This document shows positions 28,193 through 42,283 of a DNA stretch of 64,000 bases, piece by piece. The first letter of the stretch is position 1; every line of letters starts with the position of its first letter. The notes under the pieces are model-generated. The model did no database searches, was not told the DNA's origin, and saw nothing but the letters and a program-made list of their open reading frames with translations. The DNA lies in assembly GCF_009914755.1 (NCBI RefSeq), contig NC_060948.1. One strand, given 5' to 3'. A program made the translations under genes and the position numbers. This DNA comes from the human T2T-CHM13v2.0 reference genome, Homo sapiens.

Positions 28193-31100
28193 TGGACTCC
28201 AATGGAATGGATTGAAAAGGAATGGAATCGTACGGAATGGAATCTAATGGAATGGAATTAAATGGAAATGAATCAAATTGAATAGCACGGAATTGAATTG
28301 AATGGAATCGAATGCAATGGAATCTAATGAAACGGAAAGGAAAGGAATGGAATGGAATGGAATGGGCTGGAATGGAAAGGAATCGAAACGAATGGAATGG
28401 AATCGAACTGAAGAGACTGGAATGGAATGCACTGGAATGGAAGGGAGTGTAATGGAAGGTTCTCGACAAAAATGGAATCGAATGGAATGGAATTGAATGG
28501 AACGGAATAGAGTCGAATGGAATTGAATGGAATGGAATGGACTAGAGTGAAATGGAATCGAACCACAAGGAATGGACAGGAATAGAATGGTCTCGAATTG
28601 AATGGAATCGTATGGAATGGCATCAAACGGAATGGAATGGACAGCCACGGAATGGAATGCACTCGAATGCAATGGAGTCGAAACTAATGGACTGGAATAG
28701 AATGGACTCGACTGGTACGGACTCCAATGGAATGGAATCGAATGGAAGGGAATCGAACGGAATGGACTCGAAGGGAAAAGACTGCAATGGAAAGGTCTCG
28801 AATGGAATGGAAATTAATGGAATGGAATGGAATCGAATGAAATGGAGTCAAAAGGAATGGAATCGAATGGCAAGAAATCGAATGTAATGGAATCGCAAGG
28901 AATTGATGTGAACGGAACGGAATGGAATGGAATCCAAAGAAATGGAATAGAATGGAATGGAATCGAATGGAAAGAACTCGAATGGAAATCACTCGAATAG
29001 AATGCAATTTAATAAAATAGGATGAAATGTAATGGAATGGAATGGAAAGGAATCGAAACGAAAGGAATGGAGACAGATGGAATGGAATGGAACAGAGAGC
29101 AATGGTATAGAATGGAATGGAATCATCTGGAATGGAATTGAATGGAATGGAATAATATGAAATGGAATGGAATGGAATGGAATGCCCTTGAATTAAATGG
29201 ACTGGAATGGAATGGACTCTAACAGAGTGGAATGGAAAGTGTTGAGATAGAATGGAATGGACTCCTTTGGAATGGTCTAGTATGCAATGCAATGGACTGG
29301 CAGGGAATCAAAAGGAATGTAATCGAATGGATTGGACTGGAATGCAATGGACTCGAATAGATTGGAAACGGAATGCAAAGGAATGGAATGGAATAGTATG
29401 GAATGGAATGGAAAGGAATGGAGTGGAATAGACTAGAGTGGAATGGAATGGACTCGAAAGCAATGGACTGGAATGGAACTTTCTTGAATGGACTGGAATC
29501 AAACGGAATGGAATGCAATGCAATCAAATGGCATGGAATAAAATAGAATGAAAGAGAATCAAATGGAATTGAATCGAATGCAATCGAATGGATTGGAAAG
29601 GAATAGAATGGAATGGAATGGAATTGACTCAAATGGAATGGACTAGAATGGAATGGATTCGAATGGAAGGCAAAGGAATGGAATCTATTGGAATGGACAG
29701 CAATGGAATGGAAAGGAAGGGATTGGAATGGACTCGAATGGAATGGACTGCAATAGAAAGGATTCGAATGGAATGAAAAAGAATTGAATGGAATAGAACA
29801 GAATGGAATCAAATCGAATGAAATGGAATGGAATAAATAGGAATGGAATGAAATGGAATGGAAAGGATTCGAATGGAATGCAATCGAATGGAATGGAATC
29901 GAACGGAATGGAATAAAATGGAAGAAAACTGGCAAGAAATGGAATCGAAATGAATGAAGTGTTATGGAACGGACTCCAAAGGAATTGAATGTAATAGAAT
30001 GGAGTGGAGTGGACTCGAATATAATGGACTGGAATGGAATGAAATCACATGGAATGGGAACGAATGGAATGGAATGGAAAGGAATGGAATCGAATGGAAA
30101 GGAATCGAATGGAAGGGAATGAAATTGAATCAACAGGAATGGAAGGGAATAGAATAGACGGTAATGGAATGGACTCGAATAGAATGGACACGAATGCTCA
30201 AATTGAATGGACTCGAATGGAATGGAAACGAAAGGAATGTCATCGAATGGAATTGAATCGATTGGAACGAAATCGCATAGAATGGAGTGGAATCAAATGG
30301 AATTGAATCGAAAGGAAAGGAAGCGAATGGACTGAAATGAAATGGAATGGAATTGAATGGAAAGTAAAGCAATGGAATAGAATGGAACGAAATTTCACGG
30401 AATGGAATCAAACTGAATGGAATCAAATCAATGGAATATAATGAAATGGAATGGAAAGGAATTGAATGGAGTAGATGGGATTGGATGGGATTGGAATGAA
30501 ATGTACTGGAAAGGACTCGAATTTCATGAAACGGAATGGAATGAATTGGAACGGAATGGACTCGAATGGAATGGAATGTCATGGAATGGCATCAAATGGA
30601 ATGGAATCGAATGCAATGGAATGCTATGGAATGGAATGGAATGCATTGGAATGGAATGTCCTCTAATGGAATGGATTCGAGTGGAATGGAATCGAATATA
30701 ATGGAGTCGAATGAAATGGAATTGAAAGGAATGGGATCGAATACAATGGAATATACTGGAATGTAATGTAATGAACTCGAATGTAATTGACTGGAATGGA
30801 ATGTACATGAATGGAATGTAATCGAATGGAAAGTAATCCAATGGAATAGAATCTAATGCAATAAAATCGACTCAGATAGAGTAGAATGTAATGGAATGGA
30901 GTGCAGTGCAATGGAATGGAATGGAATGGAATGCAATGGAATGGAATGGAATGGGATGGAATGGTATGGAATGGATAGTAATGGACTGGAGTGAAATGGA
31001 CTGGAAAGGAATGGACTCAAATTGAAAGGGCTCGAAAGGAATGGAGTCAAATGGAATGGTCTGGAATGGAATGAACACGAATGTAATGCAATCCAATAGA

Positions 31101-31711
31101 ATGGAATCGACTGGCATGGAATATAAAGAAATGGAATCGAAGAGAATGGAAACAAACGGAATGGAATTGAATGGAATGGAATTGAATGGAATGGGAACGA
31201 ATGGAGTGAAATTGTATGCAGTAGAAGAGAATAGAATGGAATGCAAGCGAAAGGAAAGGAATGGATTGGAATGGAATGGAATTCATGGGAATGGAAGGGA
31301 ATGTAGTGTAATGGACAGGCCTGGAATAAAGTGGAATGCTACGGTCTCGAATGGAATAAAAATGTATGGAATGGAATGCAATGAAACGGTATCGAATGTC
31401 ATAGAATGTAATGGAATGCAAAAAAATGGACTCCAAAATCATTGACTGGAAAGGCTGGGTGTCGAAAGGAATTGACTCCAATGGAATGGAATCGAATGGA
31501 ATGGAAGTGAATAGAATCGAACTAAATCGAATGGAATGGAATTGATAGGAACGGAATGGAAAGGAATGAAATGATTTGGCATGGAATGGAATCGAATGGC
31601 ATCGAATGGAATGGAATGGAATGCAATGCAATGGAATGTATTAGAATGTAATGAACTTTAATGGAATGTACTCGAATGGATTCGACTGGAATGGAATGTT
31701 CTGGAAGTGAA
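28193..31711 (+). repeat. DYZ1 unit U9 (3519 bp)
   Basis: Landmark spacing. Confidence 0.9.
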
Positions 31712-34700
31712 TGGACTCCAATGGAATGGATTGAAAAGGAATGGAATCGTACGGAATGGAATCTAATGGAATGGAATTAAATGGAAATGAATCAAATTGA
31801 ATAGCACGGAATTGAATTGAATGGAATCGAATGCAATGGAATCTAATGAAACGGAAAGGAAAGGAATGGAATGGAATGGAATGGGCTGGAATGGAAAGGA
31901 ATCGAAACGAATGGAATGGAATCGAACTGAAGAGACTGGAATGGAATGCACTGGAATGGAAGGGAGTGTAATGGAAGGTTCTCGAAAAAAATGGAATCGA
32001 ATGGAATGGAATTGAATGGAACGGAATAGAGTCGAATGGAATTGAATGGAATGGAATGGACTAGAGTGAAATGGAATCGAACCACAAGGAATGGACAGGA
32101 ATAGAATGGTCTCGAATTGAATGGAATCGTATGGAATGGCATCAAACGGAATGGAATGGACAGCCACGGAATGGAATGCACTCGAATGCAATGGAGTCGA
32201 ACCTAATGGACTGGAATAGAATGGACTCGACTGGTACGGACTCCAATGGAATGGAATCGAATGGAAGGGAATCGAACGGAATGGACTCGAAGGGAAAAGA
32301 CTGCAATGGAAAGGTCTCGAATGGAATGGAAATTAATGGAATGGAATGGAATCGAATGAAATGGAGTCAAAAGGAATGGAATCGAATGGCTAGAAATTGA
32401 ATGTAATGGAATCGCAAGGAATTGATGTGAACGGAACGGAATGGAATGGAATCCAAAGAAATGGAATAGAATGGAATGGAATCGAATGGAAAGAACTCGA
32501 ATGGAAATCACTCGAATAGAATGCAATTTAATAAAATAGGATGAAATGTAATGGAATGGAATGGAAAGGAATCGAAACGAAAGGAATGGAGACAGATGGA
32601 ATGGAATGGAACAGAGAGCAATGGTATAGAATGGAATGGAATCATCTGGAATGGAATTGAATGGAATGGAATAATATGAAATGGAATGGAATGGAATGGA
32701 ATGCCCTTGAATTAAATGGACTGGAATGGAATGGACTCGAACAGAGTGGAATGGAAAGTGTTGAGATAGAATGGAATGGACTCCTTTGGAATGGTCTAGT
32801 ATGTAATGCAATAGACTGGCAGGGAATCAAAAGGAATGTAATCGAATGGATTGGACTGGAATGCAATGGACTCGAATAGATTGGAAACGGAATGCAAAGG
32901 AATGGAATGGAATAGCATGGAATGGAATGGAAAGGAATGGAGTGGAATAGACTAGAGTGGAATGGAATGGACTCGAAAGCAATGGACTGGAATGGAACTT
33001 TCTTGAATGGACTGGAATCAAACGGAATGGAATGCAATGCAATCAAATGGCATGGAATAAAATAGAATGAAAGAGAATCAAATGGAATTGAATCGAATGG
33101 AATCGAATGGATTGGAAAGGAATAGAATGGAATGGAATGGAATTGACTCAAATGGAATGGACTAGAATGGAATGGATTCGAATGGAAGGCAAAGGAATGG
33201 AATCTATTGGAATGGACAGCAATGGAATGGAAAGGAAGGGATTGGAATGGACTCGAATGGAATGGACTGCAATAGAAAGGATTCGAATGGAATGAAAAAG
33301 AATTGAATGGAATAGAACAGAATGGAATCAAATCGAATGAAATGGAATGGAATAGAAAGGAATGGAATGAAATGGAATGGAAAGGATTCGAATGGAATGC
33401 AATCGAATGGAATGGAATCGAACGGAATGGAATAAAATGGAAGAAAACTGGCAAGAAATGGAATCGAAATGAATGAAGTGTTATGGAACGGACTCCAAAG
33501 GAATTGAATGTAATAGAATGGAGTGGAGTGGACTCGAATATAATGGACTGGAATGGAATGAAATCACATGGAATGGGAACGAATGGAATGGAATGGAAAG
33601 GAATGGAATCGAATGGAAAGGAATCGAATGGAAGGGAATGAAATTGAATCAACAGGAATGGAAGGGAATAGAATAGACGGTAATGGAATGGACTCGAATA
33701 GAATGGACACGAATGCTCAAATTGAATGGACTCGAATGGAATGGAAACGAAAGGAATGTCATCGAATGGAATTGAATCGATTGGAACGAAATCGCATAGA
33801 ATGGAGTGGAATCAAATGGAATTGAATCGAAAGGAAAGGAAGCGAATGGACTGAAATGAAATGGAATGGAATTGAATGGAAAGTAAAGCAATGGAATAGA
33901 ATGGAACGAAATTTCACGGAATGGAATCAAACTGAATGGAATCAAATCAATGGAATATAATGAAATGGAATGGAAAGGAATTGAATGGAGTAGATGGGAT
34001 TGGATGGGATTGGAATGAAATGTACTGGAAAGGACTCGAATTTCATGAAACGGAATGGAATGAATTGGAACGGAATGGACTCGAATGGAATGGAATGTCA
34101 TGGAATGGCATCAAATGGAATGGAATCGAATGCAATGGAATGCTATGGAATGGAATGGAATGCATTGGAATGGAATGTCCTCTAATGGAATGGATTCGAG
34201 TGGAATGGAATCGAATATAATGGAGTCGAATGAAATGGAATTGAAAGGAATGGGATCGAATACAATGGAATATACTGGAATGTAATGTAATGAACTCGAA
34301 TGTAATTGACTGGAATGGAATGTACATGAATGGAATGTAATCGAATGGAAAGTAATCCAATGGAATAGAATCTAATGCAATAAAATCGACTCAGATAGAG
34401 TAGAATGTAATGGAATGGAGTGCAGTGCAATGGAATGGAATGGAATGGAATGCAATGGAATGGAATGGAATGGGATGGAATGGTATGGAATGGATAGTAA
34501 TGGACTGGAGTGAAATGGACTGGAAAGGAATGGACTCAAATTGAAAGGGCTCGAAAGGAATGGAGTCAAATGGAATGGTCTGGAATGGAATGAACACGAA
34601 TGTAATGCAATCCAATAGAATGGAATCGACTGGCATGGAATATAAAGAAATGGAATCGAAGAGAATGGAAACAAACGGAATGGAATTGAATGGAATGGAA

Positions 34701-35230
34701 TTGAATGGAATGGGAACGAATGGAGTGAAATTGTATGCAGTAGAAGAGAATAGAATGGAATGCAAGCGAAAGGAAAGGAATGGATTGGAATGGAATGGAA
34801 TTCATGGGAATGGAAGGGAATGTAGTGTAATGGACAGGCCTGGAATAAAGTGGAATGCTACGGTCTCGAATGGAATAAAAATGTATGGAATGGAATGCAA
34901 TGAAACGGTATCGAATGTCATAGAATGTAATGGAATGCAAAAAAATGGACTCCAAAATCATTGACTGGAAAGGCTGGGTGTCGAAAGGAATTGACTCCAA
35001 TGGAATGGAATCGAATGGAATGGAAGTGAATAGAATCGAACTAAATCGAATGGAATGGAATTGATAGGAACGGAATGGAAAGGAATGAAATGATTTGGCA
35101 TGGAATGGAATCGAATGGCATCGAATGGAATGGAATGGAATGCAATGCAATGGAATGTATTAGAATGTAATGAACTTTAATGGAATGTACTCGAATGGAT
35201 TCGACTGGAATGGAATGTTCTGGAAGTGAA
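31712..35230 (+). repeat. DYZ1 unit U10 (3519 bp)
   Basis: Landmark spacing. Confidence 0.9.
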
Positions 35231-38200
35231 TGGACTCCAATGGAATGGATTGAAAAGGAATGGAATCGTACGGAATGGAATCTAATGGAATGGAATTAAA
35301 TGGAAATGAATCAAATTGAATAGCACGGAATTGAATTGAATGGAATCGAATGCAATGGAATCTAATGAAACGGAAAGGAAAGGAATGGAATGGAATGGAA
35401 TGGGCTGGAATGGAAAGGAATCGAAACGAATGGAATGGAATCGAACTGAAGAGACTGGAATGGAATGCACTGGAATGGAAGGGAGTGTAATGGAAGGTTC
35501 TCGAAAAAAATGGAATCGAATGGAATGGAATTGAATGGAACGGAATAGAGTCGAATGGAATTGAATGGAATGGAATGGACTAGAGTGAAATGGAATCGAA
35601 CCACAAGGAATGGACAGGAATAGAATGGTCTCGAATTGAATGGAATCGTATGGAATGGCATCAAACGGAATGGAATGGACAGCCACGGAATGGAATGCAC
35701 TCGAATGCAATGGAGTCGAACCTAATGGACTGGAATAGAATGGACTCGACTGGTACGGACTCCAATGGAATGGAATCGAATGGAAGGGAATCGAACGGAA
35801 TGGACTCGAAGGGAAAAGACTGCAATGGAAAGGTCTCGAATGGAATGGAAATTAATGGAATGGAATGGAATCGAATGAAATGGAGTCAAAAGGAATGGAA
35901 TCGAATGGCTAGAAATCGAATGTAATGGAATCGCAAGGAATTGATGTGAACGGAACGGAATGGAATGGAATCCAAAGAAATGGAATAGAATGGAATGGAA
36001 TCGAATGGAAAGAACTCGAATGGAAATCACTCGAATAGAATGCAATTTAATAAAATAGGATGAAATGTAATGGAATGGAATGGAAAGGAATCGAAACGAA
36101 AGGAATGGAGACAGATGGAATGGAATGGAACAGAGAGCAATGGTATAGAATGGAATGGAATCATCTGGAATGGAATTGAATGGAATGGAATAATATGAAA
36201 TGGAATGGAATGGAATGGAATGCCCTTGAATTAAATGGACTGGAATGGAATGGACTCGAACAGAGTGGAATGGAAAGTGTTGAGATAGAATGGAATGGAC
36301 TCCTTTGGAATGGTCTAGTATGTAATGCAATAGACTGGCAGGGAATCAAAAGGAATGTAATCGAATGGATTGGACTGGAATGCAATGGACTCGAATAGAT
36401 TGGAAACGGAATGCAAAGGAATGGAATGGAATAGCATGGAATGGAATGGAAAGGAATGGAGTGGAATAGACTAGAGTGGAATGGAATGGACTCGAAAGCA
36501 ATGGACTGGAATGGAACTTTCTTGAATGGACTGGAATCAAACGGAATGGAATGCAATGCAATCAAATGGCATGGAATAAAATAGAATGAAAGAGAATCAA
36601 ATGGAATTGAATCGAATGGAATCGAATGGATTGGAAAGGAATAGAATGGAATGGAATGGAATTGACTCAAATGGAATGGACTAGAATGGAATGGATTCGA
36701 ATGGAAGGCAAAGGAATGGAATCTATTGGAATGGACAGCAATGGAATGGAAAGGAAGGGATTGGAATGGACTCGAATGGAATGGACTGCAATAGAAAGGA
36801 TTCGAATGGAATGAAAAAGAATTGAATGGAATAGAACAGAATGGAATCAAATCGAATGAAATGGAATGGAATAGAAAGGAATGGAATGAAATGGAATGGA
36901 AAGGATTCGAATGGAATGCAATCGAATGGAATGGAATCGAACGGAATGGAATAAAATGGAAGAAAACTGGCAAGAAATGGAATCGAAATGAATGGAGTGT
37001 TATGGAACGGACTCCAAAGGAATTGAATGTAATAGAATGGAGTGGAGTGGACTCGAATATAATGGACTGGAATGGAATGAAATCACATGGAATGGGAACG
37101 AATGGAATGGAATGGAAAGGAATGGAATCGAATGGAAAGGAATCGAATGGAAGGGAATGAAATTGAATCAACAGGAATGGAAGGGAATAGAATAGACGGT
37201 AATGGAATGGACTCGAATAGAATGGACACGAATGCTCAAATTGAATGGACTCGAATGGAATGGAAACGAAAGGAATGTCATCGAATGGAATTGAATCGAT
37301 TGGAATGAAATCGCATAGAATGGAGTGGAATCAAATGGAATTGAATCGAAAGGAAAGGAAGCGAATGGACTGAAATGAAATGGAATGGAATTGAATGGAA
37401 AGTAAAGCAATGGAATAGAATGGAACGAAATTTCACGGAATGGAATCAAACTGAATGGAATCAAATCAATGGAATATAATCAAATGGAATGGAAAGGAAT
37501 TGAATGGAGTAGATGGGATTGGATGGGATTGGAATGAAATGTACTGGAAAGGACTCGAATTTCATGAAACGGAATGGAATGAATTGGAACGGAATGGACT
37601 CGAATGGAATGGAATGTCATGGAATGGCATCAAATGGAATGGAATCGAATGCAATGGAATGCTATGGAATGGAATGGAATGCATTGGAATGGAATGTCCT
37701 CTAATGGAATGGATTCGAGTGGAATGGAATCGAATATAATGGAGTCGAATGAAATGGAATTGAAAGGAATGGGATCGAATACAATGGAATATACTGGAAT
37801 GTAATGTAATGAACTCGAATGTAATTGACTGGAATGGAATGTACATGAATGGAATGTAATCGAATGGAAAGTAATCCAATGGAATAGAATCTAATGCAAT
37901 AAAATCGACTCAGATAGAGTAGAATGTAATGGAATGGAGTGCAGTGCAATGGAATGGAATGGAATGGAATGCAATGGAATGGAATGGAATGGGATGGAAT
38001 GGTATGGAATGGATAGTAATGGACTGGAGTGAAATGGACTGGAAAGGAATGGACTCAAATTGAAAGGGCTCGAAAGGAATGGAGTCAAATGGAATGGTCT
38101 GGAATGGAATGAACACGAATGTAATGCAATCCAATAGAATGGAATCGACTGGCATGGAATATAAAGAAATGGAATCGAAGAGAATGGAAACAAACGGAAT

Positions 38201-38749
38201 GGAATTGAATGGAATGGAATTGAATGGAATGGGAACGAATGGAGTGAAATTGTATGCAGTAGAAGAGAATAGAATGGAATGCAAGCGAAAGGAAAGGAAT
38301 GGATTGGAATGGAATGGAATTCATTGGAATGGAAGGGAATGTAGTGTAATGGACAGGCCTGGAATAAAGTGGAATGCTACGGTCTCGAATGGAATAAAAA
38401 TGTATGGAATGGAATGCAATGAAAAGGTATCGAATGTCATAGAATGTAATGGAATGCAAAAAAATGGACTCCAAAATCATTGACTGGAAAGGCTGGGTGT
38501 CGAAAGGAATTGACTCCAATGGAATGGAATCGAATGGAATGGAAGTGAATAGAATCGAACTAAATCGAATGGAATGGAATTGATAGGAACGGAATGGAAA
38601 GGAATGAAATGATTTGGCATGGAATGGAATCGAATGGCATCGAATGGAATGGAATGGAATGCAATGCAATGGAATGTATTAGAATGTAATGAACTTTAAT
38701 GGAATGTACTCGAATGGATTCGACTGGAATGGAATGTTCTGGAAGTGAA
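35231..38749 (+). repeat. DYZ1 unit U11 (3519 bp)
   Basis: Landmark spacing. Confidence 0.9.
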
Positions 38750-41700
38750 TGGACTCCAATGGAATGGATTGAAAAGGAATGGAATCGTACGGAATGGAAT
38801 CTAATGGAATGGAATTAAATGGAAATGAATCAAATTGAATAGCACGGAATTGAATTGAATGGAATCGAATGCAATGGAATCTAATGAAACGGAAAGGAAA
38901 GGAATGGAATGGAATGGAATGGGCTGGAATGGAAAGGAATCGAAACGAATGGAATGGAATCGAACTGAAGAGACTGGAATGGAATGCACTGGAATGGAAG
39001 GGAGTGTAATGGAAGGTTCTCGAAAAAAATGGAATCGAATGGAATGGAATTGAATGGAACGGAATAGAGTCGAATGGAATTGAATGGAATGGAATGGACT
39101 AGAGTGAAATGGAATCGAACCACAAGGAATGGACAGGAATAGAATGGTCTCGAATTGAATGGAATCGTATGGAATGGCATCAAACGGAATGGAATGGACA
39201 GCCACGGAATGGAATGCACTCGAATGCAATGGAGTCGAACCTAATGGACTGGAATAGAATGGACTCGACTGGTACGGACTCCAATGGAATGGAATCGAAT
39301 GGAAGGGAATCGAACGGAATGGACTCGAAGGGAAAAGACTGCAATGGAAAGGTCTCGAATGGAATGGAAATTAATGGAATGGAATGGAATCGAATGAAAT
39401 GGAGTCAAAAGGAATGGAATCGAATGGCAAGAAATCGAATGTAATGGAATCGCAAGGAATTGATGTGAACGGAACGGAATGGAATGGAATCCAAAGAAAT
39501 GGAATAGAATGGAATGGAATCGAATGGAAAGAAGTCGAATGGAAATCACTCGAATAGAATGCAATTTAATAAAATAGGATGAAATGTAATGGAATGGAAT
39601 GGAAAGGAATCGAAACGAAAGGAATGGAGACAGATGGAATGGAATGGAACAGAGAGCAATGGTATAGAATGGAATGGAATCATCTGGAATGGAATTGAAT
39701 GGAATGGAATAATATGAAATGGAATGGAATGGAATGGAATGCCCTTGAATTAAATGGACTGGAATGGAATGGACTCGAACAGAGTGGAATGGAAAGTGTT
39801 GAGATAGAATGGAATGGACTCCTTTGGAATGGTCTAGTATGTAATGCAATAGACTGGCAGGGAATCAAAAGGAATGTAATCGAATGGATTGGACTGGAAT
39901 GCAATGGACTCGAATAGATTGGAAACGGAATGCAAAGGAATGGAATGGAATAGTATGGAATCGAATGGAAAGGAATGGAGTGGAATAGACTAGAGTGGAA
40001 TGGAATGGACTCGAAAGCAATGGACTGGAATGGAACTTTCTTGAATGGACTGGAATCAAACGGAATGGAATGCAATGCAATCAAATGGCATGGAATAAAA
40101 TAGAATGAAAGAGAATCAAATGGAATTGAATCGAATGCAATCGAATGGATTGGAAAGGAATAGAATGGAATGGAATGGAATTGACTCAAATGGAATGGAC
40201 TAGAATGGAATGGATTCGAATGGAAGGCAAAGGAATGGAATCTATTGGAATGGACAGCAATGGAATGGAAAGGAAGGGATTGGAATGGACTCGAATGGAA
40301 TGGACTGCAATAGAAAGGATTCGAATGGAATGAAAAAGAATTGAATGGAATAGAACAGAATGGAATCAAATCGAATGAAATGGAATGGAATAGAAAGGAA
40401 TGGAATGAAATGGAATGGAAAGGATTCGAATGGAATGCAATCGAAGGGAATGGAATCGAACGGAATGGAATAAAATGGAAGAAAACTGGCAAGAAATGGA
40501 ATCGAAATGAATGGAGTGTTATGGAACGGACTCCAAAGGAATTGAATGTAATAGAATGGAGTGGAGTAGACTCGAATATAATGGACTGGAATGGAATGAA
40601 ATCACATGGAATGGGAACGAATGGAATGGAATGGAAAGGAATGGAATCGAATGGAAAGGAATCGAATGGAAGGGAATGAAATTGAATCAACAGGAATGGA
40701 AGGGAATAGAATAGACGGTAATGGAATGGACTCGAATAGAATGGACACGAATGCTCAAATTGAATGGACTCGAATGGAATGGAAACGAAAGGAATGTCAT
40801 CGAATGGAATTGAATCGATTGGAATGAAATCGCATAGAATGGAGTGGAATCAAATGGAATTGAATCGAAAGGAAAGGAAGCGAATGGACTGAAATGAAAT
40901 GGAATGGAATTGAATGGAAAGTAAAGCAATGGAATAGAATGGAACGAAATTTCACGGAATGGAATCAAACTGAATGGAATCAAATCAATGGAATATAATC
41001 AAATGGAATGGAAAGGAATTGAATGGAGTAGATGGGATTGGATGGGATTGGAATGAAATGTACTGGAAAGGACTCGAATTTCATGAAACGGAATGGAATG
41101 AATTGGAATGGAATGGACTCGAATGGAATGGAATGTCATGGAATGGCATCAAATGGAATGGCATCAAATGGAATGGAATCGAATGCAATGGAATGCTATG
41201 GAATGGAATGGAATGCATTGGAATGGAATGTCCTCTAATGGAATGGATTCGAGTGGAATGGAATCGAATATAATGGAGTCGAATGAAATGGAATTGAAAG
41301 GAATGGGATCGAATATAATGGAATATACTGGAATGTAATGTAATGAACTCGAATGTAATTGACTGGAATGGAATGTACATGAATGGAATGTAATCGAATG
41401 GAAAGTAATCCAATGGAATAGAATCTAATGCAATAAAATCGACTCAGATAGAGTAGAATGTAATGGAATGGAGTGCAGTGCAATGGAATGGAATGGAATG
41501 GAATGCAATGGAATGGAATGGAATGGGATGGAATGGTATGGAATGGATAGTAATGGACTGGAGTGAAATGGACTGGAAAGGAATGGACTCAAATTGAAAG
41601 GGCTCGAAAGGAATGGAGTCAAATGGAATGGTCTGGAATGGAATGAACACGAATGTAATGCAATCCAATAGAATGGAATCGACTGGCATGGAATATAAAG

Positions 41701-42283
41701 AAATGGAATCGAAGAGAATGGAAACAAACGGAATGGAATTGAATGGAATGGAATTGAATGGAATGGGAACGAATGGAGTGAAATTGTATGCAGTAGAAGA
41801 GAATAGAATGGAATGCAAGCGAAAGGAAAGGAATGGATTGGAATGGAATGGAATTCATGGGAATGGAAGGGAATGTAGTGTAATGGACAGGCCTGGAATA
41901 AAGTGGAATGCTACGGTCTCGAATGGAATAAAAATGTATGGAATGGAATGCAATGAAACGGAATCGAATGTCATAGAATGTAATGGAATGCAAAAAAATG
42001 GACTTCAAAATCATTGACTGGAAAGGCTGGGTGTCGAAAGGAATTGACTCCAATGGAATGGAATCGAATGGAATGGAAGTGAATAGAATCGAACTAAATC
42101 GAATGGAATGGAATTGATAGGAACGGAATGGAAAGGAATGAAATGATTTGGCATGGAATGGAATCGAATGGCATCGAATGGAATGGAATGGAATGCAATG
42201 CAATGGAATGTATTAGAATGTAATGAACTTTAATGGAATGTACTCGAATGGATTCGACTGGAATGGAATGTTCTGGAAGTGAA
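38750..42283 (+). repeat. DYZ1 unit U12 (3534 bp)
   Basis: Landmark spacing; 15-bp duplication present. Confidence 0.9.
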
